DNA of 59,970 nucleotides from Ignavibacteria bacterium (lineage in GTDB: Bacteria > Bacteroidota > Ignavibacteria > Kapaibacteriales > Kapaibacteriaceae): contig JBEIIK010000003.1 of assembly GCA_040380835.1 (NCBI GenBank), positions 1-59,970 on the forward strand, in the 5' to 3' direction. Shown piece after piece: positions 49,643-58,494 of this stretch (its first letter is position 1; each line of letters opens with the position of its first letter). Under the pieces are notes generated by a model. The model was not told where the DNA came from. It ran no database searches and saw nothing but the letters and a program-made list of their open reading frames with translations. A program made the translations under genes and the position numbers.

Positions 49643-51124
49643 ATGTCCGTTACCGTTTCCATAGCATCGCGTCAAAGCGTCAAAGCCGACGCGCTTGTGG
49701 TTCTCGTCCCGCAGTCTGAGCGTGACTTCTCGCAGAATGAGAAGGTCCTTACAACTAGCATACCGCATCTGACTCCCCTATTTGAATCCAAGGACTTTGT
49801 CGGTAAGAGTCTGCAAACCTCCCTTGCCTATGGCGGCTCGGCCGCTGCTGCGCCCCGGATCGTGTTGACCGGACTTGGTGAGACCAAATCGATCAGTCTT
49901 GAAACACTGCGCCGTGCTTCTGCAGCGGCAGCCAAACGTGCGGCCTCTGTCGGTTGCCAGCACATTGCCATCGAGGTTCAGCCGCTCAACGGACTTGACG
50001 CCACGGACTGCGCGCAGGCCATCGTCGAAGGGGCTTTTCTGAGCCAGTATGCCTTTGATAGCTATAAGACCATCAATGCCGGTAACGGCAAGAAGGTAAA
50101 GAAGCTCACGCTTGTTACGGACAAGGGTCACCAGAAGGCTGTGGCCAAGGGAGCCGAGTCGGGCATGATCATCGTCGATGGTGTGAACCTTGCACGCGAT
50201 CTGGCCAATGCGCCTAATTGCGAGATCTATCCTGAGACGCTGGCCAAGCGTGCGCAAGAGGTTGGACGCAAGTACGGGTTCAAGACCACCGTGCTGAACA
50301 AGCAGAAGATCACCCAACTCAAAATGGGTGGCCTACTCGGCGTCAACCAGGGAAGCGTTCGTCCTCCGGTCTTCATCGTCATGGAATTCATGAACGGTCC
50401 GAAGACCGAAAAGCCCCTTGTTCTGGTTGGTAAAGGCGTGACCTTCGATACCGGCGGGATTTCCATTAAGCCGGCTCCGGGTATGAGTGACATGAAGAGT
50501 GACATGCATGGTGCGGCAACGGTCATCGGCACCATGCAGACCATAGCGCGTCTCGGCATCAAGCGCAACGTCGTCGGAATTGTGCCGGCTACGGAAAACA
50601 TGCCGAGCGGTACGGCCCTTGTCCCGGGTGACATCATCACGTTTATGAATGGCAAGACGGCAGAGATCGACAATACCGACGCTGAAGGTCGCCTCATTCT
50701 CGCTGATGCACTCTGCTATGCTGACCGCTATAAGCCAAGTTCGGTGATCGATCTTGCCACGCTCACAGGAGCTATCGTGATCGCCCTGGGTAACGTCACC
50801 ACTGGAATGATGGGCACTGACACGAAGATGATGAATCAACTGCGTGAGTCTGCCGGCCGTACGCATGAATATGTTGGTGAACTTCCGCTCTACGAGGAGT
50901 ATGAAGAATTGATCTCGAGCGACTACGCCGATATCAAGAACTCCGGTGGACGCAGTGCCGGATCGATCACGGCCGCGCTCTTCCTGAAGCACTTTGTGAG
51001 CTATCCGTGGGTTCACCTCGACATCGCCGGTACGGCGATCCAACCGAAGTCCTCGCACTATACGTGCAAGGGCGGCTCGGGTGTCGGCGTGCGCCTTTTG
51101 ACGGATATGCTCCGCAACGCATAA
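49643..51124 (+). CDS. pepA: Leucyl aminopeptidase (M17)
   Basis: The ORF track starts at TTG 49616; ATG 49643 (MSVTVSIASRQ...) is more likely. VGKGVTFDTGGISIKP and NTDAEGRLILADAL. Confidence 0.9.
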   Translation: MSVTVSIASRQSVKADALVVLVPQSERDFSQNEKVLTTSIPHLTPLFESKDFVGKSLQTSLAYGGSAAAAPRIVLTGLGETKSISLETLRRASAAAAKRAASVGCQHIAIEVQPLNGLDATDCAQAIVEGAFLSQYAFDSYKTINAGNGKKVKKLTLVTDKGHQKAVAKGAESGMIIVDGVNLARDLANAPNCEIYPETLAKRAQEVGRKYGFKTTVLNKQKITQLKMGGLLGVNQGSVRPPVFIVMEFMNGPKTEKPLVLVGKGVTFDTGGISIKPAPGMSDMKSDMHGAATVIGTMQTIARLGIKRNVVGIVPATENMPSGTALVPGDIITFMNGKTAEIDNTDAEGRLILADALCYADRYKPSSVIDLATLTGAIVIALGNVTTGMMGTDTKMMNQLRESAGRTHEYVGELPLYEEYEELISSDYADIKNSGGRSAGSITAALFLKHFVSYPWVHLDIAGTAIQPKSSHYTCKGGSGVGVRLLTDMLRNA

Positions 51125-51136
51125 CCGGGTCACGGC

Positions 51137-51706
51137 TTGTCGGTTAACGAAACGCCAGATCTGCGCCGTGAGTTTGAGGCCGAAGCAATGCCGCATATGT
51201 CGGCACTGTATTCGTTTGCCCTGCGACTAACACGCGATGCTGATGACGCGGCAGATCTCGTGCAGGAAACGTTCCTGAAGGCTTTTCGTTTTTTTGATAA
51301 GTTCGAGCGCGGAACTAACTGCAAAGCGTGGTTGTTCCGAATTCTGAAGAATTCGTACATCAACACGTTTCGGAAGTCTTCCAAGGCTCCGGATACTGTT
51401 GAGTATGACGTCATCGAGGATTTTTACGAGACCATCCGAGATAGTTCCGTTGAAACCTCGGTTGTCGAGGAGCAGGTCTTTCACAATGCTCTTGATGATG
51501 AAGTGGCAAAGGCCGTTGATTCTCTCCCGGAAGAGTTCAGAACGGTCGTTATACTGTGTGACATTGAAGGTTTCACTTACGAGGAGATCGCCGAGTTCAT
51601 CGATTGTCCGATCGGGACAGTCCGTTCACGTCTGCACCGTGCACGAAAGCTTCTTGCCGCTCAACTTTCCTCCTATGCCAAGGACAGGGGGTTTTACGTT
51701 GAATAG
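51137..51706 (+). CDS. ECF-type RNA polymerase sigma-70 family factor
   Basis: 189 aa. Region 2 ...LYSFALRLTRDADDAADLVQETFLKAF...WLFRILKNSYIN.... Region 4 ...VVILCDIEGFTYEEIAEFIDCPIGTVRSRLHRARKLL.... TTG start (ATG 51188 is an alternative). Confidence 0.85.
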   Translation: MSVNETPDLRREFEAEAMPHMSALYSFALRLTRDADDAADLVQETFLKAFRFFDKFERGTNCKAWLFRILKNSYINTFRKSSKAPDTVEYDVIEDFYETIRDSSVETSVVEEQVFHNALDDEVAKAVDSLPEEFRTVVILCDIEGFTYEEIAEFIDCPIGTVRSRLHRARKLLAAQLSSYAKDRGFYVE

Positions 51707-51753
51707 CCAAGCTGATGCAGACAAGGCGTACACCGATACTGCGGGGGACGTTT

Positions 51754-52578
51754 ATGAATGATGCTCATCAATCCTACGACTGGATCTCCGGTCTGCTAGA
51801 CGAACGACAGGAATCCGACGTCAGAGGCCGCGATATCTCTGGTGATCAGCGCGCACAGCGCGAGGCAGAGCTCATCGGCGCACTGCGATCAACCATTCAC
51901 GAGCGGCGTGGAGCGCTACGCATGCCGGTGCCGCCGGCGCTCGAGCGTAACATCCGCATGGCGATTGCCGAAGAGGCCTCCAAATCAGTGCGTCCGTCGC
52001 TAGCCGAGCGCCTGCGTCGGGGGTTGGCCTCGCTTGCAGCACGGCCTGCACTGGCTGGCCTGTCGCTTGCGGGCATCGCCGCAGTTGCGTTCATGACAGT
52101 GTTCATGTTGCGCTCCACACCGGGATTGCCGTCAGATCTCACGGCAGCCGCCTTAGCCGTGTACGGTCAGGTGACCTCGCCAGAGCCGTCGGTCGAGCTT
52201 CGTTCGTCGAACCACAGTCGTCTGCGGGCGTTCTTTGCAGAGCGTGGCGTGTCGTTTAACGTATTCTTCCCTGACGTTGATGCTGAACTCGTTGGCGGAA
52301 GCGTCCGCACTATCAACGGTCGTGAGTTCCCTGTCCTCGTGTTTTCGGCTGCGGGCCACACTATTTCGCTTCTCGAGGTTGACGAGGCATCGGTTGGCGA
52401 CCGAACTGTGTCGATGGATTCGCAGACGGCCGACGATGTGGCGCAGAGCCGCTGGCACTGGGCTTCGGCCGAAAACAAGACCTTGTTCGTCTGGAAAAGC
52501 AATAGTATCATGTGTTCGGTCGTCTCTGACCTGGCGGTTGACGAAGTGTCGGCTTTATTCAGACTTGAGGCCCTATAA
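51754..52578 (+). CDS. Putative anti-sigma factor (single-pass membrane protein)
   Basis: It lies immediately downstream of the ECF sigma gene. ATG 51754 (MNDAHQSY...) is preferred over ATG 51715. Cytoplasmic N-terminus, TM helix LAGLSLAGIAAVAFMTVFML, and a ~150-aa extracytoplasmic domain. No HxxxCxxC zinc motif seen. Confidence 0.55.
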   Translation: MNDAHQSYDWISGLLDERQESDVRGRDISGDQRAQREAELIGALRSTIHERRGALRMPVPPALERNIRMAIAEEASKSVRPSLAERLRRGLASLAARPALAGLSLAGIAAVAFMTVFMLRSTPGLPSDLTAAALAVYGQVTSPEPSVELRSSNHSRLRAFFAERGVSFNVFFPDVDAELVGGSVRTINGREFPVLVFSAAGHTISLLEVDEASVGDRTVSMDSQTADDVAQSRWHWASAENKTLFVWKSNSIMCSVVSDLAVDEVSALFRLEAL

Positions 52579-52581
52579 CTC

Positions 52582-53151
52582 ATGAAACGTTTTCTTGCTC
52601 TTCTGGCTGTATCCGTGACCATTGGCGTGTCTCTTTTCGCGCTAAGCCGCGCAGGGTCCTCCAATGCAGACTCCCGTCGCGTTAGCGCAGTAACTGTTTA
52701 TGCTGTCAACGCAGTTACCTCGCGCACTTCCGGCAAGGCAGTCGATTTCACCTGGACTGACGCCGGCGGTCGGGAAAACACGTTCAGCACTGTGACGGCC
52801 GGCAAGGTTGTGTTGCTGAATGTCTGGGCTACGTGGTGTCCGCCCTGCCGTCGCGAGATTCCAGACCTTGTCAAGATCAGCGACGAAATGGCATCGAAGG
52901 GCGTGGTCGTTATTGGCATTTCAATCGACGATAAAGAGGATGCCGTCACGCGCGTACGCACGTATGCCGAAAAGAACAATGTGACCTATCTGAATCTCGT
53001 AGATGCTCAGAAGGAGATCGCCGAGTCGTACGGCAGCATTCAGGCCATCCCAACGACTTTCATCATCGACCGTCAGGGAGCAGTTGTTCAGCGTATCGTT
53101 GGTTCGCAGAGCAAGGAAGCCTTTGTTGCAGCCATCCAGAAGGCGATGTGA
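52582..53151 (+). CDS. TlpA-family thiol:disulfide oxidoreductase (thioredoxin fold)
   Basis: 189 aa. Signal peptide. The active site WATWCPPCRREIP is followed by ...VVIGISID.... Confidence 0.85.
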   Translation: MKRFLALLAVSVTIGVSLFALSRAGSSNADSRRVSAVTVYAVNAVTSRTSGKAVDFTWTDAGGRENTFSTVTAGKVVLLNVWATWCPPCRREIPDLVKISDEMASKGVVVIGISIDDKEDAVTRVRTYAEKNNVTYLNLVDAQKEIAESYGSIQAIPTTFIIDRQGAVVQRIVGSQSKEAFVAAIQKAM

Positions 53152-53158
53152 TCGCCCC

Positions 53159-54457
53159 CTACCAGACTTGAATGATCATCGACGGCTCTCGCACCACGGG
53201 GGTCGTTGTCGTTTTAATGAGGTCCGAAAGGTCGTCGCATAGACGACGGCATTGCTCGGCGCTCGAGGCGTGTACCGTGGCAAGGGGCTGACCAGTCGCC
53301 ACTGCTGTGCCGGCCGGCTGGTGGATCACCACACCGACGGCGTGATCGATCGCATCGCTCTCACGCTCGCGTCCGGCCCCTGCTGCCCCGAGAATGATTG
53401 CCAGTGCTCGGGCATCGATCTCATCGACCGTGCCATCTGAGTGAGCGTGCATGGTTTGCGTAGGAAGACTGCCATAGTGATCCAGGCTGGCGGCCCAGTC
53501 GCCCCCTTGCCGGCGAAGCATCTGGTGAAAGATCACATGCGCATGGCCGCTCTTCCATGCCCGCACGACGCGTTCGCGGGCCTCTTCGGCCGTTACGGTC
53601 ACCTCGGCGATCATGAGCATCTGCGCAACCAGTTCAAGGGTCACCTCGGCAAGGTCCCGTTGCACAAAGCCCGCCAGGGCGGCATCGGTTTCGACCATTT
53701 CCACCCAGTTGCCGACGGCGCGGCCAAGGGGCTGACTCATGCGAGTAAAGACAAAGCGCACCGGCAGGCCGATATGGTCGCAGACGCTTTTCATTGATCG
53801 AGCCAGTTCTTCCGCTGCGGCCAGGTCGGGCAGAAACGCTGCCGAGCCGACCTTCATATCCATGACAAGGCCGTCGAGGCCTTCGGCGATCTTCTTACTC
53901 AGGATCGAGGCCGTGATGAGCCCCGTGTTCTCGACCGTTCCGGTCACGTCCCGAAGGGCATACATGATGCGGTCGGCCGGTACCAGCGTTGGCGTCTGCC
54001 CGGCCATGAACAGGTGGTGCTCGTCAATGAGCCCGCTCATCTGCTCGAGTGAGAGTGCGGTGCTGAGCCCCCTGACGCTTTCGAGCTTGTCGAGCGTGCC
54101 ACCGGTGTGCCCAAGTCCGCGACCGCTGATCATCGGCACGTCCAGGCCGCAGGCCACCGCCAGCGGGGCAAGCAGCAGCGATACCTTATCACCGACGCCG
54201 CCGGTGGAATGCTTGTCGATGCGCGGCCTGAGTGAGCTTGCGCGCTCAAGCACCGTGCCCGAGTGGGCCATGGACATTGTCAGCGCAGCCGTTTCCTGCG
54301 AAGAAAGCCCCCTGGTGCAGGCGGCCATAAGAAACGCGGCAACCTGGGCTGCGGAGGCCCGACCATCGACGGTGCGACGCACAAACTCGGTCACTTCCTC
54401 GTCTGACCACATCCCACCGTCACGCTTTATCCGAAGGAGTTCTTTGGTGCTCTTCAT
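53159..54457 (-). CDS. deoA: Thymidine/pyrimidine-nucleoside phosphorylase
   Basis: ATG 54457 (MKSTKELLRIKRDGG...) is preferred over ATG 54493. ...AAFLMAACTRGLS..., DKHSTGGVGDKVSLLLAP, ...ISGRGLGHTGGTLDKLES.... Confidence 0.9.
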   Translation of the reverse strand: MKSTKELLRIKRDGGMWSDEEVTEFVRRTVDGRASAAQVAAFLMAACTRGLSSQETAALTMSMAHSGTVLERASSLRPRIDKHSTGGVGDKVSLLLAPLAVACGLDVPMISGRGLGHTGGTLDKLESVRGLSTALSLEQMSGLIDEHHLFMAGQTPTLVPADRIMYALRDVTGTVENTGLITASILSKKIAEGLDGLVMDMKVGSAAFLPDLAAAEELARSMKSVCDHIGLPVRFVFTRMSQPLGRAVGNWVEMVETDAALAGFVQRDLAEVTLELVAQMLMIAEVTVTAEEARERVVRAWKSGHAHVIFHQMLRRQGGDWAASLDHYGSLPTQTMHAHSDGTVDEIDARALAIILGAAGAGRERESDAIDHAVGVVIHQPAGTAVATGQPLATVHASSAEQCRRLCDDLSDLIKTTTTPVVREPSMIIQVW

Positions 54458-54468
54458 AGATTCGCAGA

Positions 54469-55239
54469 ATGATTGACACGCTCGAGCGAGCATCCGCCAA
54501 ACTACGAAAAGCGATCCGCGAGTTGCACCGCCCCGAGGTCCGCGATCAGCGTGCTGAGTTCCTTGTCGAAGGCCCTCATGCCTGCCTGGAAATGCTCTCT
54601 GCAGGCCTGCTGCCGCGTGTTGCTGTTGTTAGCGACGACGTTCCTGAAGCTGTGCTGACGTTGGTTGTCGAGGCCCAGAATCGCGGTGCCGAGGTCGTTC
54701 GTACCTCACCGGCAGAGCTGGAGCGCCTGGTGACCACGCGTACCGCACAGGGCATCGTCATGGTGATGCCGCAGTTTACCGAGCGTCCGCTCTCGGGACG
54801 GATCATCGCCCTTGATGGCGTCAGTGATCCGGGTAATGTGGGTACGATCATCCGCACGGCCGTCTGGTTTGGCTGCACGGACGTGATCCTTTCGCATGAC
54901 TGCGCCGACGTGTACAATCCCAAGGTCGTGCGCTCGACGGCCGGTGCTCTGGCGGCGGTGAACATCATCCGCCGTGCGCCTCTGGCCGAGCTGCTTGCGT
55001 CCATGCCCGAGGTTGAGCCCCTTGCCGCTGTTGCCGAAGGGGGCCTACCGGCCAAGGATCTTACTCTTCCCGAGCGCTGGTGCCTGGTTATCGGCTCCGA
55101 GGCTCATGGCGTTTCGACACCGGTGCAGGATCTTGTCCGGCACCGTCTGACGATTCCGCGCTTAGGCACCGGTGTGGAATCACTCAATGCGGCCGTTGCA
55201 GCCTCGATCCTGCTGTACGAACTCGTAGGCCGCAGATGA
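54469..55239 (+). CDS. TrmH/SpoU-family RNA 2'-O-methyltransferase
   Basis: 256 aa. ...LDGVSDPGNVGTIIRTAVWFG..., ...LVIGSEAHGVS..., ...ESLNAAVAASILLYEL.... Confidence 0.85.
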   Translation: MIDTLERASAKLRKAIRELHRPEVRDQRAEFLVEGPHACLEMLSAGLLPRVAVVSDDVPEAVLTLVVEAQNRGAEVVRTSPAELERLVTTRTAQGIVMVMPQFTERPLSGRIIALDGVSDPGNVGTIIRTAVWFGCTDVILSHDCADVYNPKVVRSTAGALAAVNIIRRAPLAELLASMPEVEPLAAVAEGGLPAKDLTLPERWCLVIGSEAHGVSTPVQDLVRHRLTIPRLGTGVESLNAAVAASILLYELVGRR

Positions 55240-56324
55240 AGCTCTATACTCCCGGACCCGTTCCCGTGCCGGATCGCGTCATGCAGGCAGCCGCGGCGCC
55301 GATGATCCATCACCAGAGCGACGAGTTCCGACAGATCCTGGCGCGCACACGCTCAGGCCTGCAATCGATCATTAGAACCGATGGCACGGTTGCCCTGTTG
55401 GCGGGCAGCTCCATGACGGCCATCGACAGCATAACGGCCGGCATGGTGCGTCCGGGCGATACGGTGCTCGCTGTGCGCCATGGACGGTTTGGAGATCGCC
55501 TTGCCGACTGCGCCGCCATCCATGGCGCTCGGGTAGAATCGCTCGAAGCCCCCTGGGGTGAGACCATCTCCATCGAGCAGTTCGAGGCGCGCCTTAAGGA
55601 GGTGCTCGCGGGTGGACCTCTCAGGGCTGTCTGGATGGTCCATAGCGAAACATCCACGGGAGTGTCTCTAGACGTCGAGCGCCTGGCTGCGGTCCTTCGC
55701 CACCACGCACCCGAGACACTGCTGCTTGTCGATGGCGTCACGTCCGTGGCCGTCCAGAGGCTGTACATGGACGCCTGGAAGATTGATGCCGTCGTCACCG
55801 GCACGCAAAAGGGACTTATGTCCCCTCCCGGCCTTGGCATTGTTGCCATGAGCCGGCGTCTGGAGGAGATCGTCCGCACGGCAACTTCGCGGCTTTATTC
55901 CAATGACTTACAAAGGGTACTTGAGACCCATGATAAGGGGCTGATGCTCTGGACACCTCCGGTGTCGATCGTTCGCGCGCTTGACGTTGCCTGCCAGATG
56001 ATCCTTGAAGAAGGACTCGAGCGCGTCTGGGCACGTCATGACGATCTCCATCGGTATGTGACCTTAGAGGCCCTGCGGCGCGGTTTTACGCTGTTTGGTC
56101 AGGCCACCTCGCGAGCTCTTGTGGCGGTTGCACGTCCGGACGTTTCCGATTTGCGCCGCGAGCTCATAAGCCGGTGCTTGATGCATGTGGCTGACGGGCA
56201 GGACGCCCTTTCGGGCGCGATCATGCGCATCGGGATTTGCGGCTCCTATACGCGTGAGGACATGCGCGAGCTTTTTGCGGCCATTGATCTTGTCGGACCA
56301 CCACCCCATGGGAGTGAAGATTGA
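55236..56324 (+). CDS. Class-V pyridoxal-phosphate aminotransferase (alanine-glyoxylate/serine-pyruvate type)
   Basis: The ORF track gives 55080-56324. I prefer ATG 55236 (MKLYTPGPVPVPDRVMQAAA...), which overlaps the trmH-family stop (ATGA). The PLP-lysine context is TGTQKGLMSPPGLG. Confidence 0.8.
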   Translation: MKLYTPGPVPVPDRVMQAAAAPMIHHQSDEFRQILARTRSGLQSIIRTDGTVALLAGSSMTAIDSITAGMVRPGDTVLAVRHGRFGDRLADCAAIHGARVESLEAPWGETISIEQFEARLKEVLAGGPLRAVWMVHSETSTGVSLDVERLAAVLRHHAPETLLLVDGVTSVAVQRLYMDAWKIDAVVTGTQKGLMSPPGLGIVAMSRRLEEIVRTATSRLYSNDLQRVLETHDKGLMLWTPPVSIVRALDVACQMILEEGLERVWARHDDLHRYVTLEALRRGFTLFGQATSRALVAVARPDVSDLRRELISRCLMHVADGQDALSGAIMRIGICGSYTREDMRELFAAIDLVGPPPHGSED

Positions 56325-57562
56325 ACAACCGCATCGTGATCGCTTCCGGCAACCGCCATAAGATCGCCGAACTTCAGGAGCTGTTTGCCGGTCATGGATT
56401 GCCCGACGTTGAACTGGTTGCCATGACGGACCTGGTTGGCGCGGTGGAGATCGAAGAAACGGGCGAGACATTTGAGGAAAATGCCTTCATCAAGGCGCAC
56501 GCTATTCATGTGCTGACAGGGCTGCCCGTGCTGGCCGACGATAGCGGACTGTGTGTGGATTTGCTGGGCGGAGCCCCTGGCGTGCGCTCTGCGCGCTATG
56601 CCGGAGATGGCGCCAGTGATGCCGACAACCGCGAAGCCGTGCGGCGGTCTATGCATGAGGTGGGATCCGAGGATTCCACCGGGAGGTTTGTGTGCGTACT
56701 CTGGTACATCGATGATCAGCGCTCTTTCGGCATCGAAGGCATCGTCAACGGTACGGTCCGCACGCTTGAACAGGGCGATCAGGGCTTTGGATATGATTCC
56801 ATGTTCACACCCGAGGGATCCTCACTCAGCTATGGTCAGACGTCATCCCAGGAGAAAGCCCGCACCAGCCACCGCGCTCGTGCCAGCTCGCAGATGGTGC
56901 GACGTCTCGCAGCGTTGCAGCATGATGAGCCCCATGCCGATGTGATAGAAAACTCGATAAGCACTGACGATCTCTGCCGGCTATCGGTGGCCGTGGTCCG
57001 TCAGGATACGTCCCTACTGCGCTCGATCGCCGATCGCGCCGCCGATGCCATGCAGGCGCGACGCGTAACCGAAGCTCTATTGCAGTCGTATCTGTTTGCG
57101 GGCTTTCCCGCAGCCCTGGACGCGCTTGGATGCGTGGCCGAATGCTGGTTGGCAAAGGGGCTTGCCGGTTCCGATGTTGCCGAAGTGTATAACGTCGATG
57201 AGTTCCGGCGTCGGGGCGAGGAGCTCTGCTTTAGCATTTATGGCTCTGTCTATCAGAAGATGATGGATCGCTTTGAGAGTATCTCGCCGTCGATGCGATC
57301 ATGGATGATCATCGAGGGCTACGGCAAGACTCTAAGTCGAGATGGTCTGTCATCTCTTGAGCGCGAACTCTGCATCGTCTGCATGCTTGCCGCCCTCGAA
57401 CGTCCGTCGCAGCTCTATTCTCATGTACGAGGTGCTCTGGCCATGGGTGCCAGCGCAGAGCAGCTTCGCAATTGCGAGCACGCAGTGGCTGAGCTCTGCG
57501 GCGCACGTGTTGCAGCCGCGCTGGGTGCGACGATTAACACGCTCACGGCCGACCGGCTCTAG
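56321..57562 (+). CDS. rdgB: RdgB/HAM1 non-canonical purine NTP pyrophosphatase fused to a carboxymuconolactone-decarboxylase (AhpD-like) domain
   Basis: 413 aa. The N-terminal ~200 aa are IVIASGNRHKIAELQELF...ETGETFEENAFIKA...LADDSGLCVDLLGGAPGVRSARY...GFGYDSMF...SHRARA. The C-terminal ~200 aa are ...EALLQSYLFAGFPAALDAL...LSSLERELCIVCMLAALERPSQLYSHVRGALAMGASAEQL... (CMD-family-like). The TTG start overlaps the upstream stop (TTGA). Confidence 0.8.
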   Translation: MNNRIVIASGNRHKIAELQELFAGHGLPDVELVAMTDLVGAVEIEETGETFEENAFIKAHAIHVLTGLPVLADDSGLCVDLLGGAPGVRSARYAGDGASDADNREAVRRSMHEVGSEDSTGRFVCVLWYIDDQRSFGIEGIVNGTVRTLEQGDQGFGYDSMFTPEGSSLSYGQTSSQEKARTSHRARASSQMVRRLAALQHDEPHADVIENSISTDDLCRLSVAVVRQDTSLLRSIADRAADAMQARRVTEALLQSYLFAGFPAALDALGCVAECWLAKGLAGSDVAEVYNVDEFRRRGEELCFSIYGSVYQKMMDRFESISPSMRSWMIIEGYGKTLSRDGLSSLERELCIVCMLAALERPSQLYSHVRGALAMGASAEQLRNCEHAVAELCGARVAAALGATINTLTADRL

Positions 57563-57591
57563 GCGTGTCGGTTTGTGCCTGCCTTCAGGCT

Positions 57592-58494
57592 CTACTTCTT
57601 CTGGGCGTACTTGATCAGAAAGCTGCGCTGCTTGACGAGTGATGCCGAGCCCCACACGCCGAGTCCACCATTGATGTTGCCAAGGCGGTAATCGTACGAA
57701 CTGCGCCTGCCTCCTCCGACAAGGTAGAACCACTCGAGGAAGGCCTCATCAGGAGCATACACGCGCAGCTCGTGCTGCCCGTACCAGCGGAACACGCCCC
57801 ATACGGTCTGTGATGTGGTAAATGGCGTCGCTCCCAGTGTTGTGCGCTCATTGGCAATAAGAGTCCCGGAGCGGTCGAAGAAATCAGGCTTCGGCCGAAC
57901 TGTGCGGTCGTTTGAATCACCCGTCGGGGGATCGAGATACTGTCCATAGCCGAGGGTGTCAAGACATGTAAGGCCGATGATGTAGAGCTGCACATTTGCC
58001 ACAGGCGTCCAGGAGACCAGCAAGGAGTCATTGACTGCGGTAAGCAGTGAATCCGGGTGTGGAAACTGGATCCACCTGCGCGGGGTGGTCGTCCATGCGA
58101 ACGTCGCAGGCGTGCGCGTCGAAGCCGTGAGCCGCGCTGCGCGGGCTTCGGCAACAACACGATAGATGACATTGGGGAGGACGCGATAGGAAGTGTCCAC
58201 TGCACGCCATGTGCCACCTCGCTCATCCGGGACGTATTCCATCGGAATGTCAGCGCCGTCTGCAGTGACCACGATCTTTGCCTCCGGCAGAGCTGCCCGG
58301 GAGAATGAGAACGTGTCCGTCACCGGTAGCGTGCGCAATATGCGAACGTCCTGAAGGGGCTCACCGACAAGCAGCAGGCCCTCGAGCATGATCTCTTCTT
58401 TGTAGTCGGTTGGCACGGGATCTTCACATCCGACGAACAGCAGGCCGGTGATGATAAAGAGCGAAGACAGCAGAAGGCGATACAGGGACTTCAT
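57592..58494 (-). CDS. DUF4249-like lipoprotein (partner of the upstream TonB-dependent receptor)
   Basis: 300 aa. Lipobox ...GLLFVGC. The C-terminal ...GNINGGLGVWGSAS... is typical of DUF4249. Its ATG overlaps the receptor stop (TGATG). Confidence 0.7.
   Translation of the reverse strand: MKSLYRLLLSSLFIITGLLFVGCEDPVPTDYKEEIMLEGLLLVGEPLQDVRILRTLPVTDTFSFSRAALPEAKIVVTADGADIPMEYVPDERGGTWRAVDTSYRVLPNVIYRVVAEARAARLTASTRTPATFAWTTTPRRWIQFPHPDSLLTAVNDSLLVSWTPVANVQLYIIGLTCLDTLGYGQYLDPPTGDSNDRTVRPKPDFFDRSGTLIANERTTLGATPFTTSQTVWGVFRWYGQHELRVYAPDEAFLEWFYLVGGGRRSSYDYRLGNINGGLGVWGSASLVKQRSFLIKYAQKK

Noticed and set aside
50333-51196. 287-aa minus-strand ORF (with similar ones at 47715-48554, 10518-11192, 27558-28208 and 53739-54476)
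   Set aside because: Each lies antisense to a strongly supported gene (pepA, the acylase, mfd, the LptD-like gene, deoA). They have Arg/His-rich low-complexity translations and no start-site signals. I treat them as non-coding.
55080-55235. N-terminal extensions offered by the ORF track (55080 for the aminotransferase; likewise 46953, 32998, 37887, 22157, 20147, 7179, 49616)
   Set aside because: Each extension overlaps the end of the preceding well-supported gene or lacks a signal peptide. In every case an internal ATG gives a canonical N-terminus, an RBS-like purine tract and/or an ATGA/TGATG coupling junction.
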